Shown one piece after another: positions 1 through 27,643 of a stretch of DNA of 64,000 bases. This DNA comes from Eledone cirrhosa (Eukaryota). A model generated the notes under the pieces. That model worked only from the letters and a program-made list of their open reading frames with translations, was not told the DNA's origin and searched no databases. Location of the stretch: the NCBI GenBank assembly GCA_964016885.1, contig OZ024741.1:75888001-75952000 (forward strand), written 5' to 3'. Every line of letters starts with the position of its first letter. Position 1 is the stretch's first letter. The position numbers and the translations under genes are program-made.

Positions 1-1318
1 TTACCACTTTGGGATTCAGAAGGCGAGAGAGGGAGATCGTCCTAACCTGTTCCTTTTATAGGGTCCGACCGGAAGTGACCAACAGGGTTCTATCACCCCC
101 AAAGGGAAGCAACTCCAGCTACTTCCTGTCTAGAGAGCGGTGATGAGATTGTCATGACAAGGGAGGCAACTCTTGCTACATTATCCCCCGCCAGATTTTT
201 AAAACATAAAAATCGAATGAAACATGCATGGAGTAAGATGGCGAGCATGTAAGAGGCATGAAAATTATGATACAATGTAGTCAAAGTAAGAGAAGAGGTC
301 AAAGTTCAAATGTTCAAAATACAGTTCACATGTGTGCAATCACATGACAGCAGGAAAGAATGTGTTCCAGAGAATGAATGCAGGTGTTTCTGGTCTGTGG
401 TATAACGTGAAATTTCCAACTTCCGAAGGGAATTTCTCACGGGAAGAGTGCTGCAGAAATAAATTCTCTGGCTTGTTCTGCTGGTTTTGGTTGTTGATGA
501 AGCTGTGTTGTTGTTGTTGATGTTGTGAATGCGTTGACCTGGAAGGGTCAAGAGGCCAGCGACCAGAGAAATAAGCATTCTGAATAAATGCGCAGTTTTC
601 AACGGCAAATTTACGTGGTAAATTTTTAAACCGGCAAATAGAAGAATATAGCTTGATGGAAAGAATAAGTAATAGTTGAGATTCAGCGAAAATAAGTATT
701 CATGTCGAAATGTGTAAACAAAAATCAAATTTCTTTTAAAATGCTCGTTGTAAGAAGAAACGAAAAACATATATATACATCCAGTGAAATGGTAATGAGA
801 GGTACATAGTAATACAATAAAGAAATAAATAACAAGAACAGCAAAAAAAAAATAAGGCTCCAGTGGCCAGTTCACATAAAAATAGTTTGGCAGAACTTTT
901 TGGGCCAGTGGACTCTCCGACGGGAACGGGTCGTAGTCTTTTATGTAGGTGAAGGTGGGGCAGAAAAGGAGAGATCTTCTCTTGGAGGTGTTAACATCTT
1001 CTTAGGTTCTTAGGCTGCTGGTGGCATCCTTCTTGAGTGGTGAAGGAAAATGAGAGAGGAGTCAATGGTGGCATCCTTCTTGAGTGGCGAAGGAAAATGA
1101 GAGAGGAGTCATCTCATGATAAGGTCGCAGGTGTTGTTACCACTTTGGGATTCAGGAGGCGAGAGAGGGAGATTGTCCTAACCTGTTCCTTTTATAGGGT
1201 CCGACCGGAAGTGACCAACAGGGTTCTATCACCCCCAAAGGGAAGCAACTCCAGCTACTTCCTGTCGAGAAAACATGTGATGATATTGTCATGACAAGGG
1301 AGGCAACTCTTGCTACAG
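1..1318 (-). mobile_element. Small non-autonomous two-LTR Gypsy derivative (TRIM-like), runs off the window start
   Basis: Direct repeats 1-180 and 1137-1318 both begin TGTAGCAAGAG on the - strand. Polypurine tract TCTGGCGGGGGATAA precedes the LTR copy starting at 180. The internal 855-960 segment matches the integrase end/3' UTR of the Gypsy element at 4720-4835. Confidence 0.8.
1019..1111. repeat. 47-bp tandem duplication inside the deleted LTR element
   Basis: TGGTGGCATCCTTCTTGAGTGG(T/C)GAAGGAAAATGAGAGAGGAGTCA occurs at 1019 and 1066. Confidence 0.9.
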
Positions 1319-1365
1319 ATGCATTCTTTTTCCTGTCCAGTTGTTTGACAGAAAAATAAGCGATT

Positions 1366-1698
1366 TTGTTTTCCTTTTCCCTTGTGTTGGAGACATTTTT
1401 CCAAACGGAGACGATTTTTTTGCAGATTACCTACGGTATAACAATGCCATCTCACACAGCCATTATGGCGATGCAGAAGTCCATTCAGGAACTCACCCTG
1501 AAGCTCCAGAAGATGAAGGTCTGGTGTGGTGCCAGTTCGCGCCCGCGCAGCCGCGGGAGATCTCAATCTTTTAGACGCCGCCCCAAATCACCAGCTTCAT
1601 CTTTATGCTGGTACCATGAGCGATTTGCCGAGAGCACGAACCACTGCGTGCAACCTTGCTCGTTTCATAAGGTGGGAAACGCCAAAGAGGTCCGCTGA
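1366..1698 (+). pseudogene. gag: Gypsy gag C-terminal fragment with CHCC knuckle
   Basis: CWYHERFAESTNHCVQPC = Cx2Hx9Cx3C motif typical of CsRn1-like Gag, preceded by an Arg/Ser-rich patch. Confidence 0.8.
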
Positions 1699-4600
1699 TG
1701 GGGGCAGTTGACCTCAACATAAAGCCACCAAACCGCCATTTCTTCATTAAGGACCTTATGTCGGGAAGAGGTTTCCTCGTGGATACAGGAGCCTCCTGTA
1801 GTATTTGGCCGGTCCATTGCTTGAAAGATACCCTCGTGGAGCCATCCGTTACTCTGCAGGCCGTTAATCACTCGTCTATAAAGACGTACGGGAAAATCTC
1901 GCTTCCTCTCAAATTCCTAAATCTTCGTGGGGATTTTAAGTGGATTTTTACGGTTGCCGATTTGCCATACCCTATCTTAGGAGCGGATTTCCTCCACAAC
2001 TTCTCTTTGACTGTGGATATCCGTGGCCAACGCCTGGTGGATGACATCACCGGTTTTTCAATTCGTGGCCGGAAAGCCAATGCCCCAACAGTCAGCCCCA
2101 TATTCTTCATCGTTGCCGCTGGAGACGCCTACCATTCGTTGTTAGGTTCTTTCCCGGAGCTCACTGATGGAAATTTTCGAGTCACTGAGCCAACACACTC
2201 AACTGAACATTTCATTTCCACCACCGGTGCTCTAGTGTTTTCGCGTCCACGCCGCTTACCGGCGGACAAATTAAAGGCAGCTCGGTCCGAGTTCGACCAT
2301 ATGCTGCAGCTGGGCATTATTCGCCCATCTACGAGTCCTTGGGCTTCACCGTTACACATGGTGCCCAAGACTTCCGGCGACTGGAGACCCACTAGGGATT
2401 ATAGGAGGTTAAATGCTATGACCGTCCCGGATAGGTATCCCATACCCCATCTACAGGATTTCGCATCGTCATTGCAGGGGTGTAAGATTTTCTCAAAACT
2501 AGATTTAGTGCGAGCTTACCACTAAATTCCGGTCAGGAAGGAGGATATTCCGAAAACGGCGATTACAACTGCTTTCCGATCCTTCGAATTTTTTACCATG
2601 CTTTTCGGACTCAGGAACGCCGCTAGTACTTTTCAGCGGTTCATAGACGAAGTCACTCGTGGTCTGGACTTCGTTTATGCATATATAGACGATCTTCTCG
2701 TCGCTAGTTCCTCTCCGGAAGAGCATATGCGCCACATGCATCCCTTATTTCGGCAACTTCAGGATTACCGCGTTCGTGTGAATCCCGCAAAGTGTGTTTT
2801 CGGTTCCACTTCGCTAAATTTTTTAGGCCACCTCATCGACGCCGAAGGTATTAGGCCGCTCCCTCAGCGAGTTCAAGCCATACAGGATTTACCTCCGCCT
2901 ACTACACTTCACCTGTTGCGTCACTTCTTAGGCCTAATCAATTTCTATAGGCGTTTCGTTCCTCATTGTGCTAATTTGCTATCTTCCCTTACTGACATTT
3001 TGAAAAATCGTCGTAAGAAGAATAAGGATATTTCCTTGACACAAGGACAGCTTAAAGACTTCCAGACTGCCAAGACAGAACTCGCTAGTTCATCTTTGCT
3101 AGCCCACCCGGTACCAGAGGCCAAGCTTTCGCTTTGTGTTGATGCATCTGATAGCGCTGTGGGAGCAGTACAACGCTGGAAACCAACAACCTTTGGCATT
3201 TTTCTCAAAGAAGCTGAAACCAGCAGAAACGCGTTACAGCACGTTTGGGCGGGAATTATTAGCCATATATCTGTCGGTGAAACATTTCTCTCATATTCTT
3301 GAGGGGAGAAATTTTACTATTTTAACCGACCACAAACCTCTGACCTTCGCTTTGAGGGCTAAAGCCGACAGATGTTCGCCCAGAGAGGCAAGGCACCTGG
3401 ATTACGTTTCGCAATTTACAAGTGATATCCAGCACATTGCTGGCTCGCTTAACATAGCTGCAGACGCATTGTCACGTTTGCCAATCAGCTCCATCTCGTC
3501 ATCCCAGGAGATCGACTTAAGTCGTTTAGCTGCAGACCAATCTGCACTCCAATCGTTGGATACTCTTTCTGCCGAGTTTGCGACTTGCATCTTCAAATAT
3601 CTGCCCTTGTCGACCACCGACAGGCAGATTCTATGTGATGTAGCTACGGATTCACCACGACCATTTGTTCCTGAGACTCACCGTCAAATTGTGTTCCTTG
3701 CTTTGCACAGCATTTCTCACCCAGGAATTTCTGTCACAGTAAAGCTTATAACGGCTAGATTTTTCTGGCCCAATATGAGGCGAGAAATTACTGCCTGGTG
3801 CCGTTCCTGCACACAGTGTCAGAGATCTAAAGTCCACAGACACATCCGGACTCCACTTGGTACTTTCAGTACTCCAGATGCTCGGTTTCAACACATCCAC
3901 ATTGATATCGTTGGACCTTGGCCATTCAGTAGTGGATATTCGTACCTCTTGACCTGTATCGATCGTTTTTCGCGATGGCCTGAATCCATCCCCTTAAAAT
4001 ATATTACTGCTGAGACTGTAACGCGTGTCCTGGTATCAGGGTGGATTACCCGCTTTTGGGTACCAACTACAGTCACCACAGACCGTGGTAGACAATTTGA
4101 GTCTCATCTTTTCTCTGAGCTCACAAAGATCATTAGTGCTCAACGGATTCGGACCACAGCTTATCATCCTGCTTCAAACGGAATGGTGGAACGATTCCAC
4201 CGCCAATTAAAGGCCGCTCTTCGCGCCTATCCAGACTCTTAACGTTGGAGCGAGTACCTTCCTATTGTGTTGTTAGGAATTCGGTCATCAATAAAGGAGG
4301 ACCTTGGGTTCTCCCCGGTCGAATTACTGAATGGTGCTCCTCTAGCGTTGCCTGGGAAAATGCTTGGCCCTGTTGATCTTGCTTTCCAGGACCCTGTTTC
4401 CTACGTACCTCGTTTGCGCTCCTATTTTCAGGACTAACCGCCCATGAATACTAGGAAACAAACTATTAAAGCTGCAGTCCCGAGGGATATTGCCTCGTGG
4501 ACACATGTATTCGTCAGAAACGATGCGGTTACTCCACCCCTCACACAACCGTACTCTGGACCCTACCGTGTGTTAGCACGTACTGACAAACATTTCACTG

Positions 4601-4815
4601 TAGACATTAAGGGGTCCAGAGAGACAATTTCGGTGGATAGACTAAAAAGGGCATAAAATGACGCTCATACACCCGAGCCACAAATACCCCAACCTTTCTC
4701 TCTTGTGCATACACCTGCTCCTTCTACCCCACCTTCATCTACATACAAGACCACGACCCGTTCTGGTCGAAGAGTCCACTGGCCCAAAAAACTCTGCCAA
4801 ATTGTTTTCATGTGA
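1698..4815 (+). pseudogene. pol: Gypsy pol (protease, RT, RNase H, integrase), broken by stops and frameshifts
   Basis: PR LVDTGAS; [26 protein letters not shown]; [29 protein letters not shown]; [29 protein letters not shown]; GPY motif. Stops at 2523 and 4240; frameshift near 3170. Confidence 0.95.
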
Positions 4816-5046
4816 ACTGGCCACTGGAGCCTTTTTTGGTTTTTCTCTTTATTGTATTACTATGTATACATGTACCTTTTCGTTACTATTTCATGCCCGA
4901 TTTATACATGTACCTTTTCGTTACTATTTGATGTTTGGTTTATACATGTACCTTTGCGTTAATATTTCATGCCTGTGCTGGGAGCCCATGCTTGTGGGTT
5001 CGCTAGTTACCTTCGGGCTTTTCGCCTATCGTCTGGAGGAGGGTAC

Positions 5047-5321
5047 TGTAGCAGAGTTGCGTCCTTTTGTGACGGTCACGATTCCCAGTGGCAGATACGT
5101 AGAGTTGCGTCCCTTTGTGACGGTCGCGACTCCCAGTGTCAGATCCATGTACTAAATGGAGTTGCGTCCCCCTGGGGACTATATATTTGAGGACATTAAG
5201 GCATTACTCTCTCACTTCCTGCACCGGCAGCCGAAAGAAACACTTGAACCTTACCAAGAGAAGATTTCTGTTCTTCTCTACACACTCCGGTCTGGGAGTT
5301 GTGACCAACTGACCATCAACA
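5047..5321 (+). repeat. 3' LTR of the Gypsy element, with an internal ~48-bp tandem repeat
   Basis: Starts TGTAG right after the PPT; repeat AGAGTTGCGTCC.TTTGTGACGGTC at 5053 and 5101; TATA-like TATATAT near 5180. The end is either CTACA at 5282 or CAACA at 5321. Confidence 0.7.
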
Positions 5322-5440
5322 TGTGGTAAAAATTATTTCTATTAATTTATTTGACTTCTGTGAAGTAAAACCATGTCATAACACTCACCTGCATTTATTG
5401 TCATTCTTAATATATATATATATACACTGATACTAACATT

Positions 5441-5718
5441 CTAAACGTGCTTCGTCCAACGCAAATCGCTACTGACCGTAATGCCAAGATCACGTTCACA
5501 AGAAGACTTCTTGATATTAGTGCTGTGGAGGGAGTATGTGGACGCTAGGTTTTTACTCCCAAAATGCATGGTGGTGCACTTGTCCACAGCTAACTTGAGT
5601 TGCCAGTCTGAGATCCATTGTTGCATTGTGTCCAGGTCAGACTGCAAGCAAGATCTATAGTGTTCAGGATCTGTCTTTTTTTTATCTCAAGGTACAGCTT
5701 GATGTCATCTGCGTACTT
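5441..5718 (-). mobile_element. CR1/Jockey-group LINE RT C-terminal fragment
   Basis: YADDIKLY...LQSDLDTMQQWISDWQLKLAVDKC...ERDLGITVSSDLRWTKHV. Confidence 0.85.
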
Positions 5719-5723
5719 TAGTA

Positions 5724-5830
5724 CTGATAAAACGAACCCTAGCCAGAACCAATATCCTCTCAATTCTGGAGCCAGCTAGATTGACCAGCGTCAATGGGAA
5801 GTTGCCTGATGTCTTATCCTTTGCCATTAG
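5724..5830 (+). mobile_element. CRE-like non-LTR fragment (restriction-like endonuclease, RPD region)
   Basis: Manual translation LIKRTLARTNILSILEPARLTSVNGKLPDVLSF resembles the CRE 'IKRAL...PS.LEP.GL...DGKRPDG' pattern. Confidence 0.5.
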
Positions 5831-6424
5831 GCTAAATGTGGATGCATTACATAGGACACCACTATCAGCAGCTTGCTCGCCCCCTCTGGGATTTAAAACA
5901 GGATAATATAGATTACACATTTTCTTGATCAGTGTTACGATTCACCCGCCCATACAAAAATGAAAGACGCTCCTGCAATTTTTGTGTGATGGAAGTGTTG
6001 GAGATTATGACTGAATCGGATCTGTTGAAATCTCAACACGATAAAATCTTCAACTGCCAACATAAGGCATTAAAAACTTTCGCTAAGTATCACCCGGACT
6101 AGCATAGGATGGGATCTCGTGTCTCTGTATCCATTCTACTTTAATTACTCACCCCTTACACACCATTCCTTCTCGTCGCCTTTATTCGTCTTGACGTCCG
6201 CTTGTCTCCTCTGTTGTTGGTTTCTGTTGAGATAAATGTAATATTTAGCCCCTCAATTTAAATTATATCGTTTCAACTAAATATTATTTCTGATCGTTTC
6301 GTTTTCCTTTCTTTCTCTTTCCCTCTTCCCCCTTCTATACTATATGATTACAATAGGTTCCCTGACCAGCCATAGTCCTTCTTCTATTTGAAAACTTATA
6401 TTTGTAATATTTAACATTACAGTA

Positions 6425-6605
6425 GATTGGCAGTATCGGTAGAAGGTCGGACGCCATGCTTTGACGTATAGAGTTACGGCCCTTGCCATTCTGAGTTCAA
6501 ATCCCGCCGAGGTTAACTTTGCCTTTCATCCTTACGGGGTCGATAAAATAAAGTACCAGTAATGCACTGGGTAATTGCTGGCCTTGTGCCAAACGTAGAA
6601 ACAAT
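6425..6605 (+). mobile_element. SINE family A copy with 17-bp target-site duplication
   Basis: B-box-like GAGTTCAAATCCC, core CTTTGCCTTTCATCCTTACGGGGTCGATAAAATAAAGTACCAG, 3' end GTAGAAACAATT; TSD TATTTAACATTACAGTA at 6408 and 6606. Confidence 0.9.
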
Positions 6606-6858
6606 TATTTAACATTACAGTAAAATACAAAGCATATAAATAAATTTACAGTAGAATAACATAACAAATATGTTTTAAATATATACATAAATAACATTAC
6701 AAATGCGTAGATAACATTATAAATTGCTCGCGATTCTTTCAGATGGATATATTCTTTTAATGTTGCAATATTAAAGAAAATGTAAAAGAAGGGGTGAACA
6801 ACCGAACCAACACCAGAGCAAAAGACAACAGCGTCGCGAGGAGTACCGGGCAACCTCT

Positions 6859-7060
6859 CTAATGATTTTTTAGGCAAGCCTGCACACTCGCAGCGTTGCC
6901 TTGGATGATGCCGAGGCTAATGCGCTGGAACAACCAAGCGCCCTCGCGAGATTCGCCAGTTACCTCTATTAGGCGAGCCGCCAATGAAGAGAGGAACCTC
7001 GCAGTCACCGGCCCGACTCCCCCAAACGTTTCGAAAGCCACAGGCTGAAAATTCCATCTG
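6859..7060 (-). mobile_element. CRE-clade non-LTR retrotransposon C-terminal RLE fragment
   Basis: FQPVAFETFGGVG...FLSSLAARL...TGESREGAWLFQRISLGIIQGNAASV, the characteristic RLE C-terminus. Confidence 0.85.
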
Positions 7061-7404
7061 TTTATAACTTTAGTAATCTTCTCGTTGGTCATTTGGACAG
7101 TAATCCCCCCTCCCCCCAACCAACACACATTGGCAAACATATATAGTATCAATACTTGGTATAATTATTGTAATTCATGTACTTTTTCACTATTTATTGG
7201 TTATTTATACATTATATTTTGATTCCGATTTTCTCTGTATACCAAAGTGAAATATGCACATTAGCTTTGTCAGCAGTAAGCGATGCTTATTGCTGAAATG
7301 CTGAAATCACAACTAAGAATATACAACTTTTATTTATTCCTGTTAATTCTCTTATTGATGAAATGAAATTCCAGACACGTGATGCAAACGAATGAACATT
7401 ATGC

Positions 7405-7590
7405 GGTGGATTGGCAGTATCAATAAAGCGTCAGACACTATGCTTTGCAGCATAGAGTTGGGGCCCTTTGTGTTCTGAGTTCAAATCCCGCCGAGGATAA
7501 CTTTGCCTTTCATCCTTACGGGGTCGATAAAATAAAGCACCAATAATGCACTGGATTAATTGCTGGCCTTGGGCCAAAAGTAGAAACAAT
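7405..7590 (+). mobile_element. SINE family A copy
   Basis: Same sequence as 6425-6605. Confidence 0.88.
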
Positions 7591-8621
7591 AATATAATGT
7601 AGTCAGTGGATGTAGACTGCTACGTAATTGTACAGAAACATATATTAACGATAGAATGCACAATAAATTCTTCTTCTGTGAATATCTTCCTGTGAATAGT
7701 TTTTCCTGATTTTCTCCTGGTACCATATGTGTGTATAGCGAAATCTCTCCACATGTGACAAATGACACCTGGCTGCTATTTTTTCCTTATCTCTTGTTGG
7801 AACCAGTAGTCTGGCCAAATTGAGGTGAAAGGATGTAAGATATTTTTAAAAGTCATTCCACTCTGGTTTCTCGAAAGAGAAAGACTTAACTTCGAGTTGT
7901 TCAAAGAGTAGAGAGATGTAGCGCTTAGCCAAACACTCCAACCCAGTCGACAGGGTTGGGCTACTTCGATATAGGTTAGTTCATGCATCTGGTCAGATTA
8001 CTACTACATTCACGCAAACCAACATAACACACAATTCACTCGGTTCTTTGTTGTTTTGCTGTCTTATCGACAATAGCTTCGACGTAAGCTATTTTCTTAG
8101 TAAAAAAATCTTTAAGTAGCGATCATGTTTTATTTGATCATTCATCGGCATTTCCACAGCGCTTATATATGGGACAATGTTTACCTTATGCATAATTAAT
8201 CAGCAAGCCAACAACTTTACTAACCTCTGTCACCTTCAAATAAACAACAACAAACTCAAACCAACTCCTTCCATCGCTACATTTACTCCATATTCTGTCT
8301 CTCTACACACACATGTATGTGTGTGTGACTGTTCGGCAAACGGATGTAGATCTAGCTAAACATACATAGGGGAAAAAAACAATTTCTCACCGAACGGTAG
8401 AAGGGTGCTTATCTGTAACCCCCCCCCCCCCCCCTTCCCCCTTTCTAACGAGTAATCTGCGAGAAAGCTATAGGTCAGGTTCGTTGAAAACACACGAAAA
8501 AAGAAAAAAGAAAAAAAGATTCCCACCAAAAGAAACAACTCCAAAGGTTCTCTTGTCTATATTCGTTGGGTGCGGGGAGTCGATTGCGAATGAGTTGAAG
8601 TCACGGAAAACTCCAGGAAAA

Positions 8622-8920
8622 TAATTGTTTCTACTTTTGGCACAAGGCCAAGAAATAATAAAACAATTTCTCAGTGAACCCCAACCGCTACTTTTCTATA
8701 GATTTACCTAAATTTTATATGATCTTAATGTTCTGGCAATATTATTCCCGTAAGGTTGAAAGGCAAAGTTAAGCTCCGCAGGATTTGAACTCAGATCAGT
8801 TACGGCCCTTTATGGTCTGAGTTTAAATCCCGCCGAGGTTAACTTTGCCTTTCATCCTTACGGGGTCGATGAAATAAAGTACCAGTAATAATTGCTGGCC
8901 TTGTGCCAAAAGTAGAAATA
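8622..8920. mobile_element. SINE family A fragments in both orientations
   Basis: - strand pieces at 8622-8652 and 8735-8797; + strand piece at 8799-8920. Confidence 0.8.
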
Positions 8921-9894
8921 ATGATTAAAATTTTTTTTCTTATGTAAATCATATAAATGACATATTTATTTTCTGTCGAAGTTCTAATTATTATTTAACT
9001 TGGACCCCAGTTACAGAAATATTTAAGTAGTTGTTCTAATCTTTCGATACTTGGTGCGATAAATATCTGTGCCACTTGATAGATGACGACAAAAAATGGG
9101 TTTAACCTAGGTTAAAAAAGAGGACATGTCGTCATACATTGGTATTTCTACGCATGTAAAACGAAATACATTTTAAGGTATGTCTAAGTGCAATAAAACA
9201 CGCGAAATAGATGTGTACGGACTTTATATAAACCGAAGAATGTGTTTTAGTGTTTTATAACAACGGAATAATTTTATTACGCAACTTATTCAGAGTCCAA
9301 AGTCCTATAAGAGGAGATAACTCTCATTTAGCATTCCTTGGTCTTATTAACTGTCTGTCCACGTTATTACAAGCAGCTCATATTCACCTCTTAAAACATT
9401 TTTCGCTCAAATTCCAGTAAATATGGTTATTGCCAGGGGTAAGTTCTATTACATCTTTGACAGAACAATTTACATTTATAAACACCAGCGGTAAGAAATA
9501 TTTGTTAAAATGATTTATTTTTAACACCTATTAATCATGTTCTCCTTGGCGTGTGTGTGTGTGTGTAGGGGGGGGGGGCAGCACTCCTCTCGTATATATT
9601 TTTATACAATGTTTTGTTTGTGTAAATGTTTGTTTAAATGCAGTCAACAGATGTGTTCGAATTCAGTGTCAAGAGGCCGTGAAAGAAGTAACTTCCGGGG
9701 AATCTAGTCTCAGGGAGACTTCAATGCCCATTCACTAATATACACATAAGAAATATTTAATTATTGCGTTTCTCTATTAAAATAATTGACATTAGTATCA
9801 TAAGAGTCGGTAGAGTGGCAGAGAACATGCTCTATGGTTATTTATTGTTGTTTATGTTGTCTGTTCAAGTTCTCGCTAACTTGTCTTTGGGACA

Positions 9895-10080
9895 GCGTAA
9901 GTTCGAAGGCCACCTTCGACTCCCTCTTCGTCCAGTCGGATCCGTTTTCAAGGTGTTGCTTACTGTCTGTCGGAGCAAAATACTCAGGTGACTGGGTTGA
10001 TGCCCTACCCGTGGCTAACGTTGGTGGCCTACTCAGCATGGACGAACTCCGTGTCTCCATTGCCCTCAGAATTGCCCAGT
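9895..10080 (+). mobile_element. CRE-clade non-LTR fragment (post-RT region)
   Basis: SGDWVDALPVANVGGLLSMDELRVSIALRI. Confidence 0.75.
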
Positions 10081-11036
10081 ATTTGCTGAAGTATCAAACT
10101 TGTCTTTCGTTCTTTCTTGGTCGATAATATAAGTGCCAGTTGAATACTGGGTTATTTTAATCGATTATACCCATCTACCTATGTTGACTGCAAATTCCTA
10201 TGCTATAACCTTATATCATAAGTGAGAGGAATTGTGTACGTATACAATCTCACAAATGATAAATGTATTCTCGAGCGCGTTCTATAATAATTTGGGTTAT
10301 AGGAAGAACGAGCGAAAAATCCAACTTTAAGAATAATTAGACCAAGTCAGCCTGGCAGAGTTGAGCTCTCTTCGGGTTAGACTCCTGGTAAGATTTGAAC
10401 TTTGTCCACTAAGCTAACGAAACATTTGTCAATCATTATGGTTGTTGATTAACTACAGGAAAGCTGTAATCCAGCAGACCTATGGTTGATTAAAGAAGTT
10501 TTAGCGCTGACAAGCTTGCCACCTCTTCCGGCATAATGTGCCATGGATTATATTACCTAATGTGTCCTTAAGACAGACGGCAATGTATGATTTGAGGTAG
10601 ATATGGCTGATATTTCTAATAGTTCGAGCCACCACGTAGAAGCTTCGTTTGTGCTCTTGTTTGTGAGTGCATATAATACAGTAACTACAAAAAATAGATA
10701 ATGTAACCGTCGTCACTAGTGATAGTGAGGCCTAACATTTGAAACGATCGCAAAGTTTTTTGTTATGTACCGTTCATACTTGAGAAGGCGGTATTTATAT
10801 ATGCAGTGATTGTGTTTGTTATTGGAGATAAGTTTGTCATGATCTAATTGTCTCTTTGTGACATAGCAGTTTGACAAATAAAAATCGATAGAATAGACTG
10901 ACTTCAATATGATAGACTGAAACCTTTGAGGGTGGTGCCCCAACAGGACCCTATCCTATGACTGAGACCAGTAAACGAATACACATGCCCGCATGGGTGT
11001 GTGTGTGTGTATACATACATACATATATATATATAT

Positions 11037-11720
11037 CTTCGCCCACGTATTTCTGAGAGGGTTGTGGAGGCAGAATCCTCAAACACTCCTTCCAGCGAGT
11101 CCTGTTAGAAGCAACTGTCTCCAACTGATCCAGCTGGATTCCCAAGCTAGACCAGCAAAGCTCATAGATGTTATCCAACCATCTTGCTTGAGGTCTACCC
11201 CTGAGTCTCCTAGTTGGTTTTGCCCATAAAATCTTTCCAGTGATTCTTTCCTGAGACATTCTGACCACATGCCCATAGTATCGGAGTTGTGATCTCTCAA
11301 TTCTTAGAAGTCTCTTTGGAGTGACTCTGATCTTCAGCCGACCAAATATTCACACTGCGGCAACAAGTCTTTGAGAAATCGTGGTATTACCAAGTATTAC
11401 CAAGATGTATTTTCTTGTTTTGTAAACCTTAGAAAGACATATGACTGCATTCCTCAGGACCTGCTGTGGAAGGTTCTGCAGGATCAATGGTCATCACTTT
11501 GCTACCTTGATGTCTCTATATGAATGCCCATGTATTTATGTTCGGATAAATGGTACTAAATTGAAACAATTTAATGTGGGATTTGGACTCCACCAAGGGT
11601 GCATACTGTCACCTCTCCTGTTCATGTAAATAATGAACTGGATTGACATGCGCAGCCAGGTTGGAAGTAGTATTATGACTGGCAGGTGTAAAATCAGTTG
11701 ACTGGAATTTGCAGTCAACA
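11037..11720. mobile_element. Degenerate RTE-like LINE: 3' end on - strand (11037-11390), RT fragment on + strand (11405-11720)
   Basis: RRLRGRPQARWLDNI on -; FVNLRKTYD and GLHQGCILSPLLF on +; a related 3' end lies at 45853-45985. Confidence 0.7.
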
Positions 11721-12173
11721 TTTATATATGTATATATATATATTATACATTCATGGTTCATGAACTCAGAAGACCACAAATCAGGGTAGAACTCAATACA
11801 TGTTTAGGTGCAGGGTAGATATAGATAGTTGGTAGATGCGTGTATCCAGGTTTTGGAATAGGTATCCATATTCCATGCTAGGTATTATATTGTAATTGAC
11901 CTGATCTTGAGATGGTGATGCTATTACCTTCATCTCCATCATTGATTTTAATTCAATAGTTTACCAACTTACATAATTCTAAGTATTTCTGGACATGTCC
12001 TTATTGGATTTCATAAGAGACACTGAAACGTTTTAAGGTCAGACCTAACTCCATCTTCTCATTCTATGTGTTTATACCAACTGCTAATTCCTCACAACAT
12101 TCACAAAATCTGTTTTTTGTAATTTTTTTTTTTTTTTGCCTCCCTCTCACCAACTTTTCCTATTCAGACATTT

Positions 12174-27551
<15,378 letters not shown>

Positions 27552-27643
27552 TGGACCATTTTTTCTTTTAGAATTTCCAACGAAATCCTTCATTTTTTTT
27601 ATAAATGTTTTTCTATTTTGAACTCAATATATGTACATATTTG

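Larger units (their letters stand above)
1366..5321 (+). mobile_element. Ty3/Gypsy LTR retrotransposon (CsRn1-like clade), degenerate, 5' part missing or disrupted
   Basis: Gag C-terminus, PR-RT-RH-IN order, PPT GGAGGAGGG at about 5035-5043, 3' LTR starting TGTAG at 5047. Confidence 0.93.

Noticed and set aside
306-875. 189-aa hydrophobic ORF on - strand as a possible env-like gene
   Set aside because: Composition reflects the T-rich 3' UTR of the LTR element; no recognisable env motifs, and the equivalent frame in the sister element (4658-5155) is not conserved.
5375-5410. Minus-strand donor-like site (GCAG|GTGAGT) suggesting a divergent gene exon
   Set aside because: No supporting open exon or recognisable protein; a single motif is insufficient.
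7556-7988. Two short minus-strand ORFs in unique-looking sequence
   Set aside because: No recognisable domain or splice structure.
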